A stretch of 63,312 bases of DNA, filler included, from Candidatus Tectimicrobiota bacterium (GCA_016193065.1; 5 parts of 5 records of this genome joined end to end with filler, not necessarily neighbours in it), one strand, 5' to 3'; counted from the whole stretch's first letter, positions 42,749 through 53,012 are shown. Notes: generated by a model from the letters alone, not told the origin. Program-made: numbers and translations.

Positions 42749-43732
42749 TCAAATCTTAGGCAAGATTTCCTTTTCGATGCGCTTTAGCTGAGTCGCCGTG
42801 TCTACCGAGTGAATATAGAAGACGATCCGCTCCGGGCCCAGCGCCCACAATTCTTTCATCTTTTCAATTAATGGCTCCGGGGGGCCGTAGAAGTTCGCAG
42901 TGAGCTTATATTCGGTCATTCGGACTCCTTCGATCTCCTTCCCGACACGGTGCCAAAAATACTTCATTTCCTCTATAGCCTTGTCGCGATCTTCATTTAT
43001 ATTGACATGCAAAACAAATGAAAATTTCACAGATTTGGGATCCCTTCCCAATTCCCGGCAATATCCCCACAGCGTCTGCAGCCTTTCTTCGGGTGACCAG
43101 GGCTTATAATCCTCCAGGGCTCCTTTGTAGCTCCAGGTGGGAGCCACCAGAGTCTCATAATCCGCGCTCCACCCATCCGCGATTTTCGCCACCCTTTGCA
43201 GGGCCTTATCCCCCCAACCGCCGTACCATATTTCAGGGCAAGGTTTCGTGTAGGGCTTCGGATCCATCACCATGTTTTTGAACTGATAGAATTCACCATG
43301 GTGAGTCACCGAGTCCTCGGTCCAGAGTCTTTTGATCACCTCGATCGATTCGTCAAACCGGCGCCCCCGACTCTTCCAGTCCACTTGCAGAGTTTCAAAC
43401 TCCCGTTGCACCCCGCCTAACCCGACCCCAAAGATGAACCGCCCTTCGGACATGATGTCCAGGGTCAATACGCGCCGGGCAATGTCGATGGGATGCCTCA
43501 GGGGGACTTGGAATACATCCGTGCTGAACTTGATCCGCTTGGTCCGCGCCACCAGCGCTCCCAGAAACACCGATGTCTCCAAGCGCGGAAAATAGCGCCC
43601 GATGGAATCTGGCACCGCAACCAAATCGAGCCCGATGGCGTCCGCCCTTTCCGCTACCTCCAGATGCTGATGAAAAAAATCCACCTCTCGCCCGTATCCC
43701 CTCGAAGGCGCCAATTCAATTCCCAATTTCAT
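42749..43732 (-). CDS. LLM-class oxidoreductase, near-duplicate of 40146-41129
   Basis: Same motifs; about 31 substitutions in 327 aa by manual alignment. Confidence 0.92.
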   Translation of the reverse strand: MKLGIELAPSRGYGREVDFFHQHLEVAERADAIGLDLVAVPDSIGRYFPRLETSVFLGALVARTKRIKFSTDVFQVPLRHPIDIARRVLTLDIMSEGRFIFGVGLGGVQREFETLQVDWKSRGRRFDESIEVIKRLWTEDSVTHHGEFYQFKNMVMDPKPYTKPCPEIWYGGWGDKALQRVAKIADGWSADYETLVAPTWSYKGALEDYKPWSPEERLQTLWGYCRELGRDPKSVKFSFVLHVNINEDRDKAIEEMKYFWHRVGKEIEGVRMTEYKLTANFYGPPEPLIEKMKELWALGPERIVFYIHSVDTATQLKRIEKEILPKI

Positions 43733-43889
43733 CCACGTCTCCTCCTCGGCATTACATCTTTCTGCCCGCGACCAACCATCCGCCAGTGCCGGCCTCTCCT
43801 CCTCCGCCCCGTGACTTCATCCTGTCGCGTCACTTCCCCTGCAGCGCGCCCGAAGTCCGAGAGCACACTCTTGTTCCCAAGTCAGGAAT

Positions 43890-44990
43890 CTAAAATCCCC
43901 CCAGAGCCACCTTCTGCCAGAGCTTCACTCCCGCGTGATCCGCTCCCCACCCCATTTCCATGTCTGTCCGCAGGACGACCTGTTTCTTTCCTTTAACTCT
44001 TTGGGCCAAGTCGGGAAAATTGAAGCTCTTTGCCTGGAGGTCGGGATGCACCGGATTGGCCCCCGTGACCTTCGCATAGACCTCCTGCCCTTCCTCGCTC
44101 AAGATCCAATTCACGTACAGCTTGGCGGCAAAGGGGTGAGCCGCCTTCCTCAGAATCTGGATATTCCCCAGGACGACGGGTAGAGGGTCAACAGCAAGCC
44201 AGTCCACGGGCCCCCCTACCTTGGCCACCTCATAAGCGTTGTATTCCGAAACCGGGATCGCGAATTTGTATTCCCCCGCGGCCAGAAGCTTGACCGAGGC
44301 ATCGGCTCCTTCGGTGCGGAATTGGGCCTTGTTCCGCGCAAATCCGTCCATGAGTCTTGCGGCCCTCTCGGGGCCCAGACTGTGCCACAAGGGGTTGAGC
44401 CAGACGCTGCTGGCAATGCTGTTGAACGCCACCTGGCCGTTCCATTTGGGTTCCAATAGGTCTCCCCAGGTTCTCGGAAGATCCTGCTTGGAAACGAGGT
44501 TCGTGTTGTAGGCCAGGCCGTAGTAGCGCTTGCGGAATCCAATGGACATGGCGCCATGCTTGAAATCTTCGGAATAGGTCCGCCAAGCGGGGAGATCGGA
44601 TAATTCCGCCAGAGCCTGGGCATCCAGATAGTTCTTCAGTCCCCCGCCGTTGATTCCCGTGACGATGTCGGCAACGGGGATTCCCTGCCGGGCGGTCAGG
44701 AGAACCTTCTGATAGCGAACCTCCGTAGGCGCCTTCAGGTAATCTACCTTCACGAACGGGTATCTCTGGGTAAACCGCTTCAGGATCTCCGCCTGCTGTT
44801 GTGGAGTATCCGTGGAGTACAGGACAAGCTTCCCTTCAGTCTTCGCTTTTTCCAGCCAATCCCTCGGAACCGCCAGATCGGCGTCAACGCCCTTCGCTCC
44901 CGCAGCGGCGACTGTTCTCTCCGCCGATGCAAGGAGCAATAAAGGGGTGATGAATGCCACCAGGACAGCAACAATCTTGTTTGTCTTCAC
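43890..44990 (-). CDS. ABC substrate-binding protein (FbpA/PotD-like)
   Basis: Signal peptide, AKTEGKLVLYS, YNTNLV, AAHPFAAKLYVNW; GTG start. Confidence 0.9.
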   Translation of the reverse strand: MKTNKIVAVLVAFITPLLLLASAERTVAAAGAKGVDADLAVPRDWLEKAKTEGKLVLYSTDTPQQQAEILKRFTQRYPFVKVDYLKAPTEVRYQKVLLTARQGIPVADIVTGINGGGLKNYLDAQALAELSDLPAWRTYSEDFKHGAMSIGFRKRYYGLAYNTNLVSKQDLPRTWGDLLEPKWNGQVAFNSIASSVWLNPLWHSLGPERAARLMDGFARNKAQFRTEGADASVKLLAAGEYKFAIPVSEYNAYEVAKVGGPVDWLAVDPLPVVLGNIQILRKAAHPFAAKLYVNWILSEEGQEVYAKVTGANPVHPDLQAKSFNFPDLAQRVKGKKQVVLRTDMEMGWGADHAGVKLWQKVALGGF

Positions 44991-45017
44991 CCTGCTTCCT
45001 CCATTCTCTCTCTTTGC

Positions 45018-46339
45018 TTACCCGCCTTCTCCCTCTGATTCTGCGGATTTGAATCCTCTTGGTTCCCTAACAGGCTCGATTTCACCCGCCCACTTTTCCA
45101 AAATCCGCTCCATGAGATCCCGGTTTACCCCGTTTGCGGGCGGAAAGCGGTCGCGCCACGTGTAGGGCCGGCAGGCGTTGATTAATACCTTGCTGGCCGT
45201 CAGGTCGCCTTGCCGCCTGCGGTCCGGATGAACGATGGGATCAATCTCCGTTGTCCAGGTATCCCGCAAAATCTCTATGTCGGTGTTCGGGTCGACTCGC
45301 GTGGTCAACGCCCACATGACTTCATTCATGTCGCAGATGTTGATGTCGTCATCCACGGTCACGAAGTAACGCATGACGGAGGATTGGCCGCGGGCGCCGG
45401 CGGCCGCCACGAGAGCCTGCCGGGCATGGGCCGCGTACTGCTGGCGCAAGCTGATCACCACGAAGAGGGTATTGCAGTATGCCCAAACCCCCTGCACGTC
45501 CGTAATCCCGCAGACTTCCAGGTGATCCCAGATGGTGGCACCCACAAAGGGGAATCCTTTTCCTTCCAGATACGGGCGCACGTTTCGCCAGCCCGTCAGG
45601 ATCGGATCCGGGCAATGGTAGACGGCCTCGACTTCGACCACCGGTTCCGGGCGAGACGACGAGGCCAGATAGCCGGGCCACTCGGGAAAAGGCCCCTCCA
45701 TCCGGCACTTCTCGGCCGGCGGCGGCATGAACCCTTCCACGGCAATCTCCGTCGTGGCGGGGACGGGCAGGCCGCTGATCGGCAAGCGCACGAGATCGAC
45801 CGGCTCCTCCCGAATCCAACCGGCCAGATCAAACTCGCCCCGGCCCACCGCCGCTCCCATGGAGGCCGCCAGCCAGATTGCGGGCTCCTGTCCGAAGGTC
45901 AGGGCGATGGGGCACGGCTCGCCCCGGCTCCAGTAGCGCTGGGCCAGCACCTGTCCATGATGGCCGGCCGCAATGAAGATCCCCAGCGTCCTCTCGTCGT
46001 GAACCATCGACCGGTACACACCGGCGTTGACCCACTCGCTCTCGGGGTCCTTGATGATGACCATGCTTCCCGTGCCGATGTATCGTCCTCCGTCCATTTC
46101 CCCCCACTGCGGAACGGGGAACTTGAGCAGGTTCGGGAAGCCAGGAACAAGGTGCACACCCTGTACCCTTCCGGGTAGCCGGGGATACGGTCGAAGAGGA
46201 GGGAGGGATTGCGCTGTTGCCCGGCATACCATTCCGTGAGCGCGCCGATTTCCAGGTTCCAATCTGCGCCGTAAATTGTCTTGAGCTCTCCGATGCTTTC
46301 CACCGCGCCGAGAAATTCACGCAGGCTCGCGTACGCCAT
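45018..46339 (-). pseudogene. UbiD-family prFMN-dependent decarboxylase with an internal deletion/frameshift near 46145
   Basis: N-terminal frame SLREFL...ADWNLEIG...LLFDRIPGYP; second frame LLKFPVP..DGGRYIGT, EGPFPEWPGY, VDDDI, WALTTR, INACRP. Confidence 0.85.
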
Positions 46340-46394
46340 CTTCCCTCCTCCCTCGGCGGCAAAGACGCTTTTTCAGAGCACCCTGAACTTAAGG

Positions 46395-46538
46395 AGGATG
46401 CTGAAAAACCCTCCATTCACCCTTCGACCGGGTACCCGGCTTCCGGGTGAGGGCGAACGGAGGAAGTCTTGAAATTGCCGATGATTTCCCGTTCGTGGTG
46501 AGCTTGTCGAACCACGAAAAAGACTTCTTCAGTATCCT
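46395..46538. mobile_element. 144-bp MITE-like element with imperfect terminal inverted repeats and internal palindromes
   Basis: AGGATGCTGAAAAA ... TTCTTCAGTATCCT (12/14 inverted match); internal TTCGAC/GTCGAA and CGAACGG/CCGTTCG. Confidence 0.55.
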
Positions 46539-46539
46539 A

Positions 46540-46766
46540 TTAGAGCCCCTTCAGCACCAGCCGGCTCCAGGCGTTTTCCACCGGGCTGCCCCCGGGCTTG
46601 GTGGCTTCGTACTCTTGCTCCAGCGTGCGGATGGCCTTTCTCTTTCCCGCCATGCGCCTTGACCAGTCCTTGAAGTTGGGCGTCATGTCGGCCAGCTTCG
46701 GGTGATGAGAACTCCCAGCAGCAGAAAAAGTCCCGCCATCCGAAACCGCAACCCAGGAGACATCAT
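46540..46766 (-). pseudogene. Substrate-binding protein gene reduced to its signal peptide and C-terminal ~55 aa
   Basis: RBS GAGGAGG and MMSPGLRFRMAGLFLLLGVLIT joined out of frame to HPKLADMTPNF...GSPVENAWSRLVLKGL, which resembles the C-termini of the 53055 and 43890 SBPs. Confidence 0.7.
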
Positions 46767-46792
46767 CCTCCCTCCTCATCCCGCCAAACTCC

Positions 46793-47899
46793 TCATTCCT
46801 GTACCGACTCAACGGCAATGCAATGCTCGGGCGGGACCCGCAAGTAGACCTCGGCGCCGTCCTCCAGGGCCAGAGCCGCCGGGGCCTTCACCTGTATCAA
46901 CCGCCCCTCCACCTCCACCTGACAGTCCAGCGTCTCCCCCAAAAACAGCAGGTTCGACACCTTCCCCCTCAGCACATTGACCGCCCCCTCGGGCTCCCGC
47001 AACGAAACCTCAAAATGCTCCGCCCTCACCGCCAGCACCACCGCACTCCCAAGGCCCAGCCCCTCCGGCAATACACAGCGCAGCCTCCCTACCCCCACGT
47101 CCACCACGGCAGCCTCCCCCGGGCCGCCAACACTGAGAACCTGCCCCTCCCAAAAATTGCTCGTCCCGATAAAGCCCGCCACAAACCGGTTTTTGGGCTT
47201 GCGGTACAGATCCCGCGGACTACTGACCTGAATGATCTTCCCCCCGTGCATGACCGCCACCTGATCCGACATCGTCAACGCCTCGAGCTGATCGTGCGTC
47301 ACATAGAGCGTCGTGATCCCCAGCCGCTTGACCAGGCTCTTCAGCTCAAAGCGCATCTCCGCCCGCAACTGCGCATCCAGATTACTCAGCGGCTCATCCA
47401 GCAGCAGCACCTTGGGCTCCCTCACAATGGCCCGCGCCAGGGCCAGCCTCTGCTGCTGACCCCCGCTTAACTGCGGCGCCGGCCGCTCCTCCAACCCGTC
47501 CAGATGCACCAGCGAGAGGGCTCTGTGCACTTTCTCCCGGATCACCCGCTTGGAGGGCCGCTCCTTCATCTGGGTCAACGGAAACGCCACATTCTCAAAC
47601 ACGCTCATATGGGGCCAGATCGCGTAGGACTGGAACACCATCCCGATGTCCCGCTGGTGCGGGCGCACGAAGACCCCCCGGCGCACCGAGCTCACCACCT
47701 GTCCGTCGATCTCGATCTCCCCCTCGTCGATCATCTCCAGGCCCGCCACGGAGCGCAGCGTCGTCGTCTTGCCGCAGCCGCTGGGACCCAGCAGCGTGAA
47801 GAACTTCCCCTGGGGAACCTCAAAGTCCACGCCCCGCACGGCCTGCACATCTCCGCTCTCGACCTCATAACGCTTGACCAGTCCCCGCACCTTCACCAT
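46793..47899 (-). CDS. ABC ATP-binding protein (FbpC/PotA-like, TOBE domain)
   Basis: GPSGCGKTT, LSGGQQQR, LLDEP, VTHDQ. Confidence 0.95.
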   Translation of the reverse strand: MVKVRGLVKRYEVESGDVQAVRGVDFEVPQGKFFTLLGPSGCGKTTTLRSVAGLEMIDEGEIEIDGQVVSSVRRGVFVRPHQRDIGMVFQSYAIWPHMSVFENVAFPLTQMKERPSKRVIREKVHRALSLVHLDGLEERPAPQLSGGQQQRLALARAIVREPKVLLLDEPLSNLDAQLRAEMRFELKSLVKRLGITTLYVTHDQLEALTMSDQVAVMHGGKIIQVSSPRDLYRKPKNRFVAGFIGTSNFWEGQVLSVGGPGEAAVVDVGVGRLRCVLPEGLGLGSAVVLAVRAEHFEVSLREPEGAVNVLRGKVSNLLFLGETLDCQVEVEGRLIQVKAPAALALEDGAEVYLRVPPEHCIAVESVQE

Positions 47900-48010
47900 C
47901 GAGAAGACCTCCTTCTACAAAGCCTAGATATAAGACCAATGGAACCCGCAAGATCCCCCTTGCTTCCGCGTCCCTCCTCTGCTCCCTGAGCATCTCCTCA
48001 TCGAGCCGTG

Positions 48011-49003
48011 TCAAATCCTGGGCAGGACTTCGCTTTCAAGGCGACGGAGTTGGGTCTTGAGATCAAAAGAATGCAGATGAAGGATGACGCTGTTGACCCC
48101 CAGCGCTTCGATTTCCTTGAGCTGATCCACCAAGGCCTCGGAAGGCCCATACACACCGTATTCCTTTTTGACCCCGAAGGGCATCGCACCCTCGATGGAG
48201 CTTAACTGCAGTTGCCAGAACTGTGCCGCTTCCCGGCGAGCCTCCTCTTCATCCGGATTCAGGTTGACCTTGAGGCAAACGGAGACGTGCATCGGCTCCC
48301 CTCCCCGCCCTTCCTCTTTCATGAGATCCTTGAGCCTGGCGAGGGCCGCGGGAAACGAACCAAACACCAAGGCCGCCATCTCCAAGCTGGCCGCCCAGCC
48401 GCTTGCAAAGCGCGCCGTGCGTCGCAGCGCCGCCTCGCTGTTCCCGCCAACCCAGATGGGCGGGTGAGGTTTCTGATAAGGTTTCGGCTCAAAAACGACG
48501 TTTTCAAACTGGAAGTACTTGCCGCGAAAGCTCGCGGAGGGCTGGGTCCACAGGATCCGCAGGGCCTCCAGAATCTCGTTCGTGCGGCCTCCCCGCTCCT
48601 GCCGCGGGATCCCCACGTCCACGAACTCTTTGTGATACACGGAAGTTTCCGCTCCCTGGGGTTTTTCCCCGCCGCCCAGGCCCGCCGCGAAGATGAACCG
48701 CCCTTTGGAGAGGTGATCCACAGTGACAATTCTCCGCGCCAGCTCGATGGGATGGCGCAGCGGCGTCACGAACACATGGGTCTTCATGCGGATCTTTTGG
48801 GTGCGCAGCGCCAGGGCCGCCATGAGGGTGAGGGTGTCAAATCGCGGCACGGGCCTGGACACCCGATCCGGAAGCGCCAGGTATGCAAGTCCGCTTTTAT
48901 CCGCCCATTCGGCCGCCTCCAGGAGATCCCAAGGCCGGATCTCCTGCGACTCGCCGCTTCTCAGTTCGAACAGGCAAATACCCAACTCCAGTTTCCCTGC
49001 CAT
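48011..49003 (-). CDS. LLM-class oxidoreductase
   Basis: PLRHP, TVDHLSKGRFIF, PKPYQKPHPPIWVGG. Confidence 0.92.
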   Translation of the reverse strand: MAGKLELGICLFELRSGESQEIRPWDLLEAAEWADKSGLAYLALPDRVSRPVPRFDTLTLMAALALRTQKIRMKTHVFVTPLRHPIELARRIVTVDHLSKGRFIFAAGLGGGEKPQGAETSVYHKEFVDVGIPRQERGGRTNEILEALRILWTQPSASFRGKYFQFENVVFEPKPYQKPHPPIWVGGNSEAALRRTARFASGWAASLEMAALVFGSFPAALARLKDLMKEEGRGGEPMHVSVCLKVNLNPDEEEARREAAQFWQLQLSSIEGAMPFGVKKEYGVYGPSEALVDQLKEIEALGVNSVILHLHSFDLKTQLRRLESEVLPRI

Positions 49004-49072
49004 GGCTGCTCTCCTTGTGGCCGTCTCTTGCCCTGTGCGTTTCACCGGATCAGATGATCCCCCCGGCCAAAC

Positions 49073-50824
49073 TCAGCGCAGTTCCATCCCGTACAGGATC
49101 CTTTTCGCCATCCTCTGCAATCCCAGCAGCAAGAGCATGATGGTGAAGAACATGACCACTCCCAGGGCCGCCGCATCGGCCGGGTTGTTGGAATCCCAGA
49201 GATTCCAAATGGCGGTCGACAGGACCTGGTTGCGAGGACTCTGCAGAAAGAGCGCCATGGTCACTTCCCGGTAGGAAAGCAACGCAACCCACAGCCCCGT
49301 ATAGAACAAGGCAGGGGCAAGCAAGGGGAGGATCACACGGCGCAGGGCCACGAGCCTCGACCCTCCACTGGTAAAGACGGCCTCCTCCAGGTCACTGTGG
49401 ATCTGAATCAATGTTCCGTTCACTGTCCGCGTGCCAAAGGCAATGAAAGCGATGCTGTGGCTGACGACGATGGCCGCCAGGGTGCCGTAGATGGGAACAC
49501 CCCTGGCGATGTACAGTCCCACGAAGGAAAGGGCAAAGGCGAAGGCTAGGTGCGGTATGGCCATGGGCAATGTGACCACAGCGTCAACACCTCCACGGCC
49601 CCGCATCCGGGTTCTGACAATGATCCAGGAGGTAATCGTGCTGAAGAGCAGCACCACTGCCGGAACGAAGATCATGAGCAGGCCCGTGTTGATGAGGGGC
49701 CTGCCGGACAACGTGGTGAGAGCCCTGCGGTAACTTTCCAGCGTCAGGGCCGAGAAAGCGGCTCTGGAGGGGAGTTGCATGTAGGGGAGCAGAGAGGTCC
49801 ACACCAGGACGAAAAAAGGTAAAACCAGGTTCAAGAACAAATACGCGCACACGAAGGCGACCCCGGCGTATTTCCACCTTCCCAGGTCCGTTAACTTCGC
49901 CCTGTACCCCTTCCCCGAAACCACGGAATAGCGCTGGCCCTGTCTCATGAGCTTCTGGTAGTAGTGGACGGCAATCAGGCTGGGCAACGCCAGGAGAACC
50001 CCGTAGACTCCCGCCACTCCGTAGCGGGGCAGGCCCACGCTGGTCTGCACGGTGTAAAACATAAGTGTGCTTAGCACCTGGATCCGGCTCGTCGTTCCCA
50101 GCAGGGCCGGAATCTCGAACAAGGCCACGGCGGTCATGAAATTGTAAATCGCTGCCCCAGCCAGCGCCGGCAGGATCAGCGGCCCCGTAACGCGCAGAAA
50201 GACGGCCGTACGGCCGGCGCCTGAAACCTCGGCGGACTCCTCCAGTTGAGGGTCCACGGCGCGGAATGCGGCGGCACACATGAAGAACATCACCGGCGTC
50301 AGCATGAGCCCCTGAACGAAGGAGATTCCCGCCAGGTTGTAAACGCTCAGGGGGCCTTCCTCGACGGGAATGAAGCTCCGCAGAAACTGGTTCAAAAGAC
50401 CTACCCTCGGGCTCAACAGGAGGATCCAGGCGATGCCCTTGAGAAAGCCCGGGATGACGATGCCCAGCCCCATAAATGTGACCAAAATCGTCTTCAAGGG
50501 CAGGTTCGTGCGGTAAATAAGCCAGGCAGACGGCAGGGCAAAGAACAAATTGACCAGTACGGTGCCGGCCGCCACAAGGAAGCTGTTGAGCATGGCGCGA
50601 TAGGTCTCACCCGAGAGAAAAACCTCCCGGTAGTTTTCCAGGGTCAAGGAGGTGCCGGCTCCCGGCATCCCTGCCTGGAACGTGGACCAGAAAACGATCA
50701 GCAGGAGAAAGAGAATCAGGAGACAAAACAGGCTGCTGCCGATGAACAAGAGATGTTCCCCGCGCAGGTCGAAGAGCCTTCTGGTCCTGCGGGACAGCGC
50801 CGGGTAGGAGATCTCACCGTCCAT
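49073..50824 (-). CDS. ABC permease, fused two-domain FbpB-like
   Basis: LEESAEVSGA and LEEAVFTSGG loops, multiple TM helices. Confidence 0.92.
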   Translation of the reverse strand: MDGEISYPALSRRTRRLFDLRGEHLLFIGSSLFCLLILFLLLIVFWSTFQAGMPGAGTSLTLENYREVFLSGETYRAMLNSFLVAAGTVLVNLFFALPSAWLIYRTNLPLKTILVTFMGLGIVIPGFLKGIAWILLLSPRVGLLNQFLRSFIPVEEGPLSVYNLAGISFVQGLMLTPVMFFMCAAAFRAVDPQLEESAEVSGAGRTAVFLRVTGPLILPALAGAAIYNFMTAVALFEIPALLGTTSRIQVLSTLMFYTVQTSVGLPRYGVAGVYGVLLALPSLIAVHYYQKLMRQGQRYSVVSGKGYRAKLTDLGRWKYAGVAFVCAYLFLNLVLPFFVLVWTSLLPYMQLPSRAAFSALTLESYRRALTTLSGRPLINTGLLMIFVPAVVLLFSTITSWIIVRTRMRGRGGVDAVVTLPMAIPHLAFAFALSFVGLYIARGVPIYGTLAAIVVSHSIAFIAFGTRTVNGTLIQIHSDLEEAVFTSGGSRLVALRRVILPLLAPALFYTGLWVALLSYREVTMALFLQSPRNQVLSTAIWNLWDSNNPADAAALGVVMFFTIMLLLLGLQRMAKRILYGMELR

Positions 50825-50836
50825 CCGCTGAACTCC

Positions 50837-51883
50837 TCAAGGCTGGACCGGGCTCCCGGGATCCCTCAGCTTCAAGAGCGGGCGCACTTCATGGTGAAAG
50901 CGCTCGAGCTGGCCAATGGGGTCCAGCGAGGCGATCATCAGAATGATCCGTTTGAGGGCCGGAACTGTGTGTTCGTAGCTCAACCATTCGTTGACCTTCT
51001 CGGCGATCATCTCCGGAGGACCGAAACAGCCTCGCTCAAGCCAGGTGTCCAGATCGGGATTCCCCTGAACCTGGTAGAACCCTCCGGCGACCCTCGATCC
51101 ATAAAAATCCCGAGCTTCCTGGCGGGCGGCCGCAACGGACTCCCCCACGGTCAGATAACCCGACTCGAGCGTGAGGTCGAACTCCGCATCCCGGATCTCC
51201 CGGCCGATCTCCTGGGCAGCCCGCTTGATACGCTCCATGCCTTCCAGGAGCTCCTCCGCAATCATGCCCGAGACGCTGATCCAGCCGTCCCCGAAGCGGG
51301 CGATCCTGCGAATGGCTCCCAGGCTCCACTTGGATTTCTCGGCGGCGCCCGGCGCTCCCCGGGTGATCCCGTGGTAGCCGCCTCCCACGAGGATCTTGAT
51401 CCGGGGTCTCTGCACGGGTTTTGGTTCCAGGACAACCTCACGGAGCTTGTAATACTTGCCCTCGAAAGTCACTTCCGGCTCTGTCCACAGTTTCTCCAGG
51501 ATCTCCAGAGCTTCCACGGTTCGCGCGGACCGTTCCTGGTACTCCACTCCGAGATTACTGAACTCCTTGGGGATGAAACCAATTCCGACCCCCAAGATGA
51601 GACGGCCGTCGGAGAGATGATCCAGCGTCACGAGGCGCCGGGCCAGGTCCACAGGCTGGTAAAGGGGCACCTGCAAGACCGCAGTACCCAAGCGGATTCT
51701 CTTGGTGCGGGCCGCCACGGCCGTAAGAATCTCCAGCGAATCAAAGGCATAAATGTCCCGTGAAACGATGTGGGGAAACCAGAAGGACTCGTAACCCAAT
51801 TCCTCGAGTCTCTCGGCAAATCGAGGTCTGACGGAGGCGGGTATACCGGAGCCGATGGGGAGACGAAAGCCGATGCGAATCAT
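50837..51883 (-). CDS. LLM-class oxidoreductase
   Basis: AERLEELGYESFW, TLDHLSDGRLILGVGIG, PKPVQRP. Confidence 0.92.
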   Translation of the reverse strand: MIRIGFRLPIGSGIPASVRPRFAERLEELGYESFWFPHIVSRDIYAFDSLEILTAVAARTKRIRLGTAVLQVPLYQPVDLARRLVTLDHLSDGRLILGVGIGFIPKEFSNLGVEYQERSARTVEALEILEKLWTEPEVTFEGKYYKLREVVLEPKPVQRPRIKILVGGGYHGITRGAPGAAEKSKWSLGAIRRIARFGDGWISVSGMIAEELLEGMERIKRAAQEIGREIRDAEFDLTLESGYLTVGESVAAARQEARDFYGSRVAGGFYQVQGNPDLDTWLERGCFGPPEMIAEKVNEWLSYEHTVPALKRIILMIASLDPIGQLERFHHEVRPLLKLRDPGSPVQP

Positions 51884-51941
51884 GTGACACTCCTTCGCGG
51901 ATGCTCTTATCCGCGCTGTAGACAAGCAGAAGAGAACCGCC

Positions 51942-53012
51942 TCACTGCGCCCGCAAGATCCTCGTCATTTCTTTCGCCAGATCCTCGGAGGCCTTCGTGC
52001 CCATGAACTCCAGGGCTCCCGGCCACTGCGACCAGTTGAAAATCTTGAGACCCGATTTTTGGGCTTCCTGGCTCAGTTTATGCTCGTAGGAATCCGGGTA
52101 AAAGGCGTTCCCGTTGCCGATCTCGTTCTCCCAGATCCGGTGAGCCTCCGGCCCGGACATGTAGGCGATCAGGAGCCTGGCCGCGTTCGGGTGTCTCGCC
52201 CCTTTGCGGACTCCCAGTTGATGAATCGTCACGTAGGCGAAATCCAGACTCTTGAAGCGGGCCGGAATCCCTTTCTTCACGGCCTGAGAGTAGAATGCTG
52301 AAGTAATCAGGATCATGGGATACTCTCCCACCGTAAACCGCCGATACTCGTTGGGGTAAGTGTCCACCACGGCGCCATTGTTCATCATGGCTTTCAAGTC
52401 GGTCAGGATGCGGGCATTGTCATAGATGCGCGAGTAGGCGCTGTAGAGGTCGGTGTAGGGGAAAATGACGAACTTCCCCTTCCACTTGGGCTTCCCCAGA
52501 TCGCTCAAGGAGACTGGAGCGTCCTGAGGGGAAATCACTTGAGGGTTATAGAGCAGTCCCACGTGTCCCGTGTAAATTGCCACACTTTCCCCGCCAAATT
52601 GCACGACCTGCGGCGGCGTTCCTTCCGGTAGCAGGGGCCCCCAATCCACCTTTTCCAGGACTCCCGCCCGGACGGCGTCAAACATGTTGCTGTCGGAAGA
52701 GACGTGGAGATCGTAGGAAGGGGTCACTTTGGCCCGGAACTCGGAAATCGCCTGGGCGGTCAACTGGGGATAACTACGGGCCGGAGTATAGTTAATCTTC
52801 AAACTGACCCCGTACTTCGCAGCAATTGCCTTCTCAACCTTACTGACCCCTTCGGGAGTAAGGCTGGAGGGGAGAACGACATCCACCGCCCCCTCTTTTT
52901 TTGCCCCTTCAATCACCCGTGTCAGCGCATCACTGGCAGCCCGTGCCCCCGGCGCAGACACCAGAGCCCCAAGAGACATCAACAGCACCGCCAGCACAAT
53001 CCCTCTTTTCAT
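51942..53012 (-). CDS. ABC substrate-binding protein; close paralogue of 58068-59147
   Basis: Signal peptide, GAKKEG, LLYNP...PKWKGK, ARHPNAARL. Confidence 0.88.
   Translation of the reverse strand: MKRGIVLAVLLMSLGALVSAPGARAASDALTRVIEGAKKEGAVDVVLPSSLTPEGVSKVEKAIAAKYGVSLKINYTPARSYPQLTAQAISEFRAKVTPSYDLHVSSDSNMFDAVRAGVLEKVDWGPLLPEGTPPQVVQFGGESVAIYTGHVGLLYNPQVISPQDAPVSLSDLGKPKWKGKFVIFPYTDLYSAYSRIYDNARILTDLKAMMNNGAVVDTYPNEYRRFTVGEYPMILITSAFYSQAVKKGIPARFKSLDFAYVTIHQLGVRKGARHPNAARLLIAYMSGPEAHRIWENEIGNGNAFYPDSYEHKLSQEAQKSGLKIFNWSQWPGALEFMGTKASEDLAKEMTRILRAQ

Noticed and set aside
46540-46818. 92-aa novel small protein in the ORF track
   Set aside because: Better explained as an out-of-frame fusion of an SBP signal peptide region and C-terminus.
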